A stretch of 64,000 nt of DNA from Bacteroidota bacterium (lineage in GTDB: Bacteria > Bacteroidota > Bacteroidia > Bacteroidales > B39-G9). The notes below the pieces were generated by a model. That model did no database searches. It saw nothing but the letters and a program-made list of their open reading frames with translations, and was not told the origin of the DNA. The position numbers were made by a program, and so were the translations under genes. The stretch covers positions 42,176 through 106,175 of the forward strand of contig JADFUR010000065.1 in assembly GCA_015222055.1 (NCBI GenBank), given 5' to 3'. Shown in pieces: positions 50,189 to 58,158 of this stretch; the first letter of the stretch is position 1; every line of letters begins with the position of its first letter.

Positions 50189-51925
50189 TTAAACAAACAT
50201 TTTTTGTAATAAACCCTTTTTAAATAATTGTGAATTATCAATTGTTGATTGTAAATTATTTATGCTTTTATCTATTGATGAAAGGAAATTGGCTATTTTT
50301 TGTTGTTCTTCAAATGATGGTATTTTAACATTAATTTTTGAAAAATTACCAACTGATATCGTGAACCTTGTGCTTCCTGTAGAATAACTTGATAGTTGTT
50401 TCAAAACAGATGGAATATTGCAAAAATAATGTGAATACAGTAAGTCAAGTTTTATTTTTGGTCTAAACCTCATTAAATGATAACTAAATAAAGTATCTTC
50501 CAAATCCTCAAAAATTACAACAGAATGACCTATATCAGTGGGCGTTTCAGATGATGGTGTAAACAAAATATCACCTTTTCTTAAATTCGTAGATTTAATT
50601 TGATTTTCTTTTGCGGTAACAATTTGTAAGTTTTCACGAGTAGTGTTGTTAATGTTTTCGTGTCGATAAACATTCATATAATTAACAAGATATATTTGCT
50701 TTTCATTTTCTTTTGAAAGTTTATCTACGCTACTTGTTTGAAATGCACCAATCTCCCCCAACCTCTTCACTTCCCAATCAGGTGGTTCGACAAGCTCACC
50801 AGCCTTATTTTTGATTTTAAACCGTAACTCTTGCGAAAATAATTTTTGCATTACCCCTTTTTTGTATTGCTCTAATTCTGTTTTCTTTTCTTGCAAAAGG
50901 TTTATGCGTTTGTCAACTGCGGTGAGGAAAGTGGCTATGCGGGTTTGTTCTTCCAGAATAGGGACATTTATATCAAGTGTTTTTAATTGACTTGCATACA
51001 AATGAACTACGGAAATACCTTGCGACAATCTTGCGATATTAGTTTTTTGAGCATTATTCAAGTAGTATGATAAAAAAATACCGTCCATCTCAGATTTAAT
51101 AATATTTAAATCTCCACCTAATGCCACACCCGATTTTTCAACGCAAGAAGCAGTTGCAATATCAATTTGAGTTTCCCCAGATGCAGGAATGATAACATCA
51201 TTAGCTTCACTTAATAAAAGTTCTGCTTCATCAATATTTGTTTTTGAAACAATTTCAGTGATTACTTCTGAATATTCCGTATATAATTCTCCGTATCGAA
51301 TACATTCGGTTGCTCCGTCTTCTGAAATATCTGCTTTTGAGATTCCTTTCCCTTTACTAAAAGTAGCAATTGCACCAAGTTTATCAGGATTCCATTCCCC
51401 CTCAAACTCAGGAAACCGTAATTGTGGCACATTGTGGCTGAGCGGAGTCGGGTGGCTGAGCGTAGTTGGGTGGCTGAGCGAAATAGGGTGGCTGAGCGTA
51501 GTCGAAGCCACGTTCTCTTTCGTTTCGGCTCCGCTCAACGACCGTTCACTCCCCGACGACCGTTCACTCCCCGACGACCGTTCTTCCCCCGCTGCCTGAG
51601 CGGAGCCGAAGGCAGCCGATTTAAAAGCTTTATGTGATGTTTCATTCAAACACATGGATAATTCGTGCAATTTTTCCGGCATATTGTTAATCAAAGCTTC
51701 TTTCTTTTTTCTGCTCCATCCTTGCACTTGTTTTTCTCTGTAAAAAGCATTGTCTATTCTGTCGAATTCTTCAAAATAAACTAACTCTACAGGTAAATGT
51801 TTTTTAGTATGATTTGCTCCTTCACCATTTTGGTGTTGATGTAATCTTAGTTCCAGATATTTTGTGCTTCCTGTATAATAACTGTCATCTGAGCACTTTA
51901 AAATATACATATATCCTCTTGTCAT
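50189..51925 (-). CDS. hsdS: GIY-YIG nuclease domain joined in frame to type I specificity subunit HsdS
   Basis: aa 1-~95: GIY-YIG (GYMYILKCSDDSYYTGSTKYLELRLHQH...YREKQVQGWSRKKKEALI). aa ~100-165: repeat-encoded linker. aa 166-578: two-TRD HsdS beginning VPQLRFPEFEGEW. No stop codon between the parts. An in-frame GTG at 51430 could start a conventional HsdS. Confidence 0.85.
   Translation of the reverse strand: MTRGYMYILKCSDDSYYTGSTKYLELRLHQHQNGEGANHTKKHLPVELVYFEEFDRIDNAFYREKQVQGWSRKKKEALINNMPEKLHELSMCLNETSHKAFKSAAFGSAQAAGEERSSGSERSSGSERSLSGAETKENVASTTLSHPISLSHPTTLSHPTPLSHNVPQLRFPEFEGEWNPDKLGAIATFSKGKGISKADISEDGATECIRYGELYTEYSEVITEIVSKTNIDEAELLLSEANDVIIPASGETQIDIATASCVEKSGVALGGDLNIIKSEMDGIFLSYYLNNAQKTNIARLSQGISVVHLYASQLKTLDINVPILEEQTRIATFLTAVDKRINLLQEKKTELEQYKKGVMQKLFSQELRFKIKNKAGELVEPPDWEVKRLGEIGAFQTSSVDKLSKENEKQIYLVNYMNVYRHENINNTTRENLQIVTAKENQIKSTNLRKGDILFTPSSETPTDIGHSVVIFEDLEDTLFSYHLMRFRPKIKLDLLYSHYFCNIPSVLKQLSSYSTGSTRFTISVGNFSKINVKIPSFEEQQKIANFLSSIDKSINNLQSTIDNSQLFKKGLLQKMFV
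51434..51616. repeat. GC-rich tandem and hairpin repeats forming the GIY-YIG/HsdS linker
   Basis: 4 x 18 bp gtggctgagcg-nnnnn-gg (51434-51511, LSHP(T/I)x repeats). About 2.5 x 18 bp cgacgaccgttcactccc (SERSSG repeats). Hairpin gctgcc-tgagcggagccgaa-ggcagc (51591-51616). Confidence 0.85.
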
Positions 51926-51936
51926 ATCAATATATT

Positions 51937-53508
51937 TTAAAATGGTGTTTCAATATTTAATTCCTCACAAAAACCGGCAATCTCTTTGTTTACCTCTTCT
52001 AAATCATTATTAATAGTTTTCAGATTATCAGAAACCTCTTTTAAATCAACAGGCTCTTCCTCTTCAAAAGTATCAACATATCTTGGAATATTCAGGTTGT
52101 AGTCGTTTTCGGCAATCTCTGCCAAACTTGCTACATAAGAATATTTATCTTTGGTTTGTCTAGAGCGGTAAGTATCAATAATTTCATTTACATCCTCATC
52201 ACGCAATTGGTTTTGGTTACCGTTTTTTACGAAATGCTCATGTCCGCTTGCATCAATAAAAACTACATTTTCATCAGCTTCACGGCATTTTTTAAACACC
52301 AAAATACAAGTAGGAATACTTGTGCCGTAAAAAATATTGGCAGGCAAACCAATAACGGCATCTAAATAATTAAGTTCTTTAATTAAATATTTACGGATAA
52401 CTCCTTCGGCTGCACCTCTAAACAAAACACCATGTGGTGCTACGGTTGCCATTGTTCCGTTGTCTGCCAGTTGGTAAATCATGTGGGTTACAAATGCGTA
52501 ATCGGCTTTCGTCTTGGGTGCTAATCGTCCATATTGACTAAATCTTTCGTCAGTACTGTTTAATGGATTTGTATCACTTTTCCAATGAGCCGAAAATGGC
52601 GGATTGGCAACAACGGCTTCAAATCGTTTATCGAGATGTTGCGGATTTTCCAAAGTGTCTTCTTGCCGTATATCAAACTTACGGTAATGAACATCGTGCA
52701 AAATCATATTCATACGAGCAAGGTTGTAGGTGGTACGGTTTAGTTCTTGTCCGTAAAATTCGCTTACATCACTTACTTCTCTTGCCACACGCAAAAGCAA
52801 AGAACCCGAACCGCAGGTTGGGTCATAAACCGATTTTAATTTTGTTTTTCCTGTAGTAACAATTTTTGCCAGTATTTTAGAAACCTGTTGTGGTGTATAA
52901 AATTCTCCTGCCGATTTTCCTGCACCTGCTGCAAACTTTGCAATCAAATATTCGTAAGCATCTCCCAAAACATCGGCTTCTACATCGTCAAGTTTGAAAT
53001 CTATTTTGTCGAGATGGTTTAATATTTTTACAATTACTTCGTTTCTGGCTCCAACCGTTCTACCGATTTTAGTAGAAGTTAAATCCATATCCTCAAACAA
53101 AGCGTTAAAATCATCTTCCGATTCTGTTCCCATTGTGCTTTGCTCAATTTGGTTCATCACGGCTTGTAAATCTTCAATTATGTAGTTGCTTTCACTTTCG
53201 GTGTCGGCATTTCCTTTTTTTGCAAGTTCAGAAAATAGTTCACTAGGTTTTAAAAAGTAACCCAATTTCATTAAAGATTCTTCTTTTAGGGCATCCAGAG
53301 TTTCTGTGTTGGTTACTTTTTTATAGTCTGTTACTTTCTCTCCTTCAAGTAGCCCATTGGCATATAAATATTGTTTTTCGCTCAGGTATTTATAAAAGAT
53401 AAAACCGAGAATGTAGTCTCGGTAATCGTCTGCACTTATTTTTCCTCTCAGTAGGTTTGCAATTCCCCAAAGTTGAGCTTCCAATATTTTTTTTTGGTCT
53501 TCTGACAT
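51937..53508 (-). CDS. hsdM: Type I restriction-modification N6-adenine DNA methyltransferase subunit
   Basis: HsdM N-terminal domain (LWGIANLLRG), motif I DPTCGSGSLLL, motif IV VANPPFS; 523 aa. Confidence 0.95.
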   Translation of the reverse strand: MSEDQKKILEAQLWGIANLLRGKISADDYRDYILGFIFYKYLSEKQYLYANGLLEGEKVTDYKKVTNTETLDALKEESLMKLGYFLKPSELFSELAKKGNADTESESNYIIEDLQAVMNQIEQSTMGTESEDDFNALFEDMDLTSTKIGRTVGARNEVIVKILNHLDKIDFKLDDVEADVLGDAYEYLIAKFAAGAGKSAGEFYTPQQVSKILAKIVTTGKTKLKSVYDPTCGSGSLLLRVAREVSDVSEFYGQELNRTTYNLARMNMILHDVHYRKFDIRQEDTLENPQHLDKRFEAVVANPPFSAHWKSDTNPLNSTDERFSQYGRLAPKTKADYAFVTHMIYQLADNGTMATVAPHGVLFRGAAEGVIRKYLIKELNYLDAVIGLPANIFYGTSIPTCILVFKKCREADENVVFIDASGHEHFVKNGNQNQLRDEDVNEIIDTYRSRQTKDKYSYVASLAEIAENDYNLNIPRYVDTFEEEEPVDLKEVSDNLKTINNDLEEVNKEIAGFCEELNIETPF

Positions 53509-53666
53509 ATTATTTATTTCTCTTTAATCTCAATTTCTATTAATATTTGTAAAAATACAAAAAATATGATAATGAAATAGAAGTTGTGTTATTTGTTCGT
53601 TGGGTTTTTTTAATATTTTGTTGTGGAGGATTCTTTCTGTTTCGTTTTTTTTGATTGTGACTGGTG

Positions 53667-53801
53667 GCAGTCTGTCTAAAAACCAAAAAAATTTACACTT
53701 TTAATAAAATCGTTTAATTTATAAATTCCTGTATATTAGCGTTTTATAATTTTAAAATATTAACAAAACTACTAATCTAAAGTGGGTTTTAGACAGTCTG
53801 A
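53667..53801. repeat. Imperfect 18-bp inverted repeat pair bracketing ~100 bp of AT-rich DNA
   Basis: gcagtctgtctaaaaacc (53667-53684) versus gggttttagacagtctga (53784-53801), 15/18 complementary. The right arm continues as cagtctgacggtc, resembling the gctgacggtcaa box of the 200-bp repeat family. Confidence 0.5.
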
Positions 53802-53935
53802 CGGTCGAGGCTATGCGTAGTTTTGGATTTTGGAACAATAAGCTTTCAATTTACCCCTAATTTCATTTAATGTTATGAGCTTTAATATTAGCACATTGCC
53901 CAAATTACGTATAGCCTTTGTTGGCGCTTCGTACT

Positions 53936-56062
53936 TTATTTAAACATTCCTTTATCTCTTTTTTTTACACCTTTCGATTTTCCAAGTTTGTCTAACTCTA
54001 ATTCTTCTTTCAGAAAATCTTTTATATAAGACTCTATATTTGAAACATTATACTTGATGTTTAATTTTTCTTTTACAAATGGAATAATATCTGATAACTT
54101 CGAATGTCCATTAATATTAATAAATTCTATTATAACAGTAGATAAATCTTTCTTAGTCTCTTTATTAACAGGAATATCTTTTAATTGTAGAGTGCCATCA
54201 CAACTTGTTTTTTTATCCCAACCATATTTTGAACAACCATAAAAAGGTTTATTATCCTTTTTTCTATACCTAAGTATCATTTCACTTCCACATTTCGGGC
54301 ATTTTGGATTATCATTTGTTTGCTGAGAACTGACAGGTTTCTGCTCAATAACAGAACTCCTTTTTTCTTTGTTAGGTTGAACTTGCTTTACTGATTGTGT
54401 CTTTATTCGTTTTGTTGGTGTTTCTTCATCCTTAATTTTTACAGGTCGTTTTACCAAACTTTCAATATTAAATGAAACTTCTAAATGAGAATTATGTAAT
54501 TTATCTTGTACGTCTTGATATAATCTACGAGTACTTTCAATATTCTCTTTTTCAAATAATAAATTTGTTATTGTTTTAGGCAAAGCAGAAAATCCGAAAA
54601 TACTACCCCAAAGACCAAGTGCAATCCTATAATCTGAAAGTTGATTCTTTCTTAAACTATCAATTAATTTCTCTGCTTCTTCTCCTTTTTGAATGAATAA
54701 AGCGATAGATTGCAAAAGTATGCTTGAATGACTTTTTAAGTCAAATGGTTGATAATTTTCAATATTATCCATTAAACTATTAAAGTAATCTCTCTCCTTG
54801 CTATTTTCCCAGTTTGGAATATATTCTTTCAGAATAGCACCAACTTTAAATGCTAAATTTATTTTTTCTTCTTTAAAAGTCTGAATGTTATTTATTGGGT
54901 AGTCAAAAATATCGTTAATAATATTTCTGTATAAATCTGCTTTGCCTTTTTCAAAAAAATTATCTTCCAATTGTGTTATTTTAAATCCATTAAAATTGAG
55001 ATTTTCAATTAGAGATAATGGATCTGTTTTTTTTCTTTCTTCTTTCTTTAACTCAGAAACATATCTCGTTATTCTACTTGTCTTTACTGATAGTATCTGT
55101 TTTGAATATGGATTGGTTAAGTATTCTTTAAGGTCATCAATTAGAAATAAAATATCATTTTCACTGTCTTTAATTTTATTTTCTAATTGCTGATAAACAG
55201 ATTCTTTTTCTAACTTTAACCCTTTTAAGAAATTAACAAGTTTTGACTGCTCGTTAATATTTGAATCGTCTATATATTTGGCTTTTACTAATTCTTCTTT
55301 TAATACTTTTTTATTTCCAATTGCATTATCAATACTTACTTTAAAGCTCTCTAATTTATCAATTATATTTTGAGAGGAACTCGTTTGCTTTCCTTTTTGA
55401 TTAAAGAACTCTAAAATTAATTGTGAGATTAAAATAAATTCTTCTTTTAATGTTTTTTCTTTTATCGAAGATGAAAGTATTATACCTAGAAAGTATGAAT
55501 AATAAAACCCTTTCAGTTTATTTGTTTTAGAATCTATATCTATTTGTTTAGAAACTTCATTGTTAGGCAAATCTGATAATTTTGAGATAAATGATTTATC
55601 CCAATCAAACGAAGCATTATTATTACTTATTAAAGAAATAGCTTTTTTATAAACAGGCAATAATTTTGTTCCAATACTTGGCTCTACTTTAATCAAAGTT
55701 GTATTTAATTCTTTTTCCTTAAAAAACAAAAATCTAACCTTACTTGGATGAAAATATATAGTTTTATTAAGTTGAAAAATTTTTATTCCATTATTTTCAG
55801 AACTATTAGTAATGCTATCTATTATTAATTCTTTTGAAATTTCAATAATTAGTGGATATTCGTCAAAATCAGTTTCGCCAATTTTAAATAAAGGGATTTT
55901 ATCGTAAGCAAGAATTGAATTTATAAAAGGATTAGGTTCAACTTTTGTAAAACGCTTATATCCGAATTTTCTATTTGTATAGAAAGCTTCTGGCGATATT
56001 GATTCAGTCGTCAATATATTATTAAAATTCAATGTGTTTGTTGCAATATATAGTTTTTCCAT
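53936..56062 (-). CDS. 708-aa protein of unknown function with C-terminal topoisomerase-type C4 zinc finger (gene 4 of candidate system)
   Basis: CPKCGSEMILRYRKKDNKPFYGCSKYGWDKKTSCDGT (nt 54191-54301) matches the Topo C4 zinc-finger pattern. I recognise nothing in the first ~580 aa. Its start is 2 nt after the helicase stop. Confidence 0.8.
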   Translation of the reverse strand: MEKLYIATNTLNFNNILTTESISPEAFYTNRKFGYKRFTKVEPNPFINSILAYDKIPLFKIGETDFDEYPLIIEISKELIIDSITNSSENNGIKIFQLNKTIYFHPSKVRFLFFKEKELNTTLIKVEPSIGTKLLPVYKKAISLISNNNASFDWDKSFISKLSDLPNNEVSKQIDIDSKTNKLKGFYYSYFLGIILSSSIKEKTLKEEFILISQLILEFFNQKGKQTSSSQNIIDKLESFKVSIDNAIGNKKVLKEELVKAKYIDDSNINEQSKLVNFLKGLKLEKESVYQQLENKIKDSENDILFLIDDLKEYLTNPYSKQILSVKTSRITRYVSELKKEERKKTDPLSLIENLNFNGFKITQLEDNFFEKGKADLYRNIINDIFDYPINNIQTFKEEKINLAFKVGAILKEYIPNWENSKERDYFNSLMDNIENYQPFDLKSHSSILLQSIALFIQKGEEAEKLIDSLRKNQLSDYRIALGLWGSIFGFSALPKTITNLLFEKENIESTRRLYQDVQDKLHNSHLEVSFNIESLVKRPVKIKDEETPTKRIKTQSVKQVQPNKEKRSSVIEQKPVSSQQTNDNPKCPKCGSEMILRYRKKDNKPFYGCSKYGWDKKTSCDGTLQLKDIPVNKETKKDLSTVIIEFININGHSKLSDIIPFVKEKLNIKYNVSNIESYIKDFLKEELELDKLGKSKGVKKRDKGMFK

Positions 56063-56064
56063 AA

Positions 56065-57138
56065 TTATAATCTTCTGCTTGATTTACTTATTAATGAAGT
56101 TTCATATAAGTTATCTGATACGTCATTAAAAAATGGTGACAAATCTCCTGAATGCATTATAAACAATGATTGATAAGAACGTGTTATCGCAACATATAAT
56201 GGGCTTCTATAATCTTCGTCAGAAACAGTACAATTTGGAATAAAAACTGCTTCAAATTGTAAACCTTTACTACTATGATATGTTGTCAATTTAGGTTTGT
56301 CTGTACTAAAATTTAAAGTCATCTTACTTGCTCCTCCTTTTATGTCATATTTAGCTTCAACATCAATTCCTTTTTGAGCAATGTACTCTTCTGCATATTT
56401 TACGTCTGTATTATTTCTGAAAAATATCCCTACATCTTCAAATTGTCGATTTTTAATTATTTCAATAATCGCATCTAGCTGTAAAATAAGATTATTATAA
56501 AGCAAGACTTTTGGCAATTCTGTTCCTTCATTACGGCATCTCAATTCTAATTCATCATCAGAATTTGTAATTTGTTCAGCTAATCTTGCAATCTTTTTTG
56601 GCAACCTATGATTGAATACTAATTGCTCACTTGGAAAACTAGTTTGAGCAGCTATCTGCTCCATTGATATTGGTTCTGGCGTTCTAAACTTATAAATTTG
56701 TTGAGCACTATCACCGTACATTATTAGAGCTTTATTAGCCTTTGATTTAAATATGTCAATATCTTCAGCTGCAAAATCTTGCGCCTCATCAACTATTATG
56801 TAATCTGCTGAAGGTGCATTTTCGTGTTTTATCCAAGTTCCATTCTCCATTGTCCAACGCCAACGCCACTTATCATAATGAAGAACTCTATCACTTCTCA
56901 ATCCAATGTCGGTGATTCCATCTTTCATATATTGTTTAAGTGTCTTTGTAAATAGGATAAAATAAAAACTACCCATGTTTTCTTCTTGGATTTGTTTTAC
57001 TTTCCACAAAGCTAAAATTGACTTGCCGCTTCCTGCACAGCCTTTTACTAAAAATGATTTGTCAGTCCTTCTTCGAATCACTTGTTCTTGATACCCATCA
57101 AGCTCAGATTCATTGATGTAAAATGATTTTTTTGGCAT
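56065..57138 (-). CDS. Compact UvrD-like SF1 helicase/ATPase (gene 3 of candidate system)
   Basis: Walker A GCAGSGKS, Walker B IIVDEAQDF, motif III YGDSAQQIY, YHSSKGLQFEAVFI, motif VI YVAITRS; only 357 aa. Confidence 0.85.
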   Translation of the reverse strand: MPKKSFYINESELDGYQEQVIRRRTDKSFLVKGCAGSGKSILALWKVKQIQEENMGSFYFILFTKTLKQYMKDGITDIGLRSDRVLHYDKWRWRWTMENGTWIKHENAPSADYIIVDEAQDFAAEDIDIFKSKANKALIMYGDSAQQIYKFRTPEPISMEQIAAQTSFPSEQLVFNHRLPKKIARLAEQITNSDDELELRCRNEGTELPKVLLYNNLILQLDAIIEIIKNRQFEDVGIFFRNNTDVKYAEEYIAQKGIDVEAKYDIKGGASKMTLNFSTDKPKLTTYHSSKGLQFEAVFIPNCTVSDEDYRSPLYVAITRSYQSLFIMHSGDLSPFFNDVSDNLYETSLISKSSRRL

Positions 57139-57150
57139 TTCTATTTTATA

Positions 57151-58155
57151 TTAAATAATACTCTGTTTATTAACATCGTGTTTCTTCAAATTCTGTTTTA
57201 CTATATTCTCCGAATAATTTGCATAACAATAAGTACAAAGATGATTGCAAGTGTTATACATTCCAATATCTTTACTTACGATACAACCACAAGCCTTTCT
57301 TTGCCCCTTGTCTTTTAATTTTATGTTACTAGAATAATCATTATCAAACAATGATAGCATTGGATTACTTAAACCTAACCAATCAAGAATTTTAGGGTCA
57401 TCTTTTCCTATTTTATATATTAATTCATCATCAATACATCTGTTATGCTTAATGCTGAATTTTTCTAAATCAACTTTTTCGGCACAAGTCGAAAGTGATA
57501 ATTTCCAAGATTTATTTAAATACACAATTTTTTCAGAAAATTCATCAATTTCAGATTGTGTAAACTCTCTGTATGATTCATTTGTTTTTGATAAGTTAGA
57601 TTTAACTTTTTTATATAATTCAATATCTGCAAAACTGAATACTAACTTTTCTGTATGTTGATATATTTGATTTCCAATATTTTTAATTTTTGAAATTAAA
57701 TTGTCAATTGTTATTGAAGAACTTAGAATTAACGGGTCAAAACGCCAAATAACTTTTTCTTTTCCAATCTGATTTGATAAATTAATAAACGTTTCTATTC
57801 TTGTATCAAGTTTTGGTACATTTGGCTCTAAGTTTTCTTTTACGTAATCGTTTAGAGTATATTGAAAATAAAATTTAATTCCCCTTTTATCAAGTTCTTT
57901 CAAATGTGGAATTATTGGTTTTGGGTTTTTTGTCCAAAAAACAATGATTTTAGTTTCTTCAAAAGACACATACTGTTCTTTTCTATTAAATGGGTTTATC
58001 CAAGTGATATAACCTTTTTCAAGTCGATTCATAAACCAACGTGAATAAAAAGCTGGAATATCAGTTGAACGACTTGCTGAAATTACAAAAGGAAGAATTG
58101 CTTCAACCGTTTCGCCTTTATCATTGATTATATTTTTTTTATCCCAAACTTTCAT
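57151..58155 (-). CDS. DUF1848 family protein with C-terminal radical-SAM-like CX3CX2C cluster (gene 2 of candidate system)
   Basis: ISASRSTDIPAFYSRWFMNRLEKGY...IVFWTKNP...FYFQYTLNDY...VIWRFDPLI...QRKACGC...CNHLCTYCYAN matches my recollection of DUF1848 end to end. The Cys triad is at nt 57226-57249. Confidence 0.75.
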   Translation of the reverse strand: MKVWDKKNIINDKGETVEAILPFVISASRSTDIPAFYSRWFMNRLEKGYITWINPFNRKEQYVSFEETKIIVFWTKNPKPIIPHLKELDKRGIKFYFQYTLNDYVKENLEPNVPKLDTRIETFINLSNQIGKEKVIWRFDPLILSSSITIDNLISKIKNIGNQIYQHTEKLVFSFADIELYKKVKSNLSKTNESYREFTQSEIDEFSEKIVYLNKSWKLSLSTCAEKVDLEKFSIKHNRCIDDELIYKIGKDDPKILDWLGLSNPMLSLFDNDYSSNIKLKDKGQRKACGCIVSKDIGMYNTCNHLCTYCYANYSENIVKQNLKKHDVNKQSII

Positions 58156-58158
58156 AAT

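Noticed and set aside
51434-51616. Possible CRISPR array, because of regularly spaced short repeats (also 47782-47832 and 48099-48152)
   Set aside because: The units are directly tandem (18, 21 or 24 bp) with no unique spacers. They lie inside continuous ORFs, and no cas genes are present.
51189-51637. Plus-strand ORFs (136 aa and 71 aa) antisense to the hsdS linker
   Set aside because: Their sequences (WLSGVGWLSVVGWLSEIGWLS, AERSRVAERSWVAERNRVAERS) are antisense readings of the 18-bp tandem repeats and have no independent support.
55900-56062. N-terminus of the 708-aa protein (LYIATNTLNFNNILTTESISP) resembling the start of DarT/DUF4433 ADP-ribosyltransferases (IYHxTHxxNLxSIL)
   Set aside because: Only about 6 scattered identities over 20 residues. 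I could not find the downstream catalytic residues by eye. It is too weak to claim without a profile or structure search.
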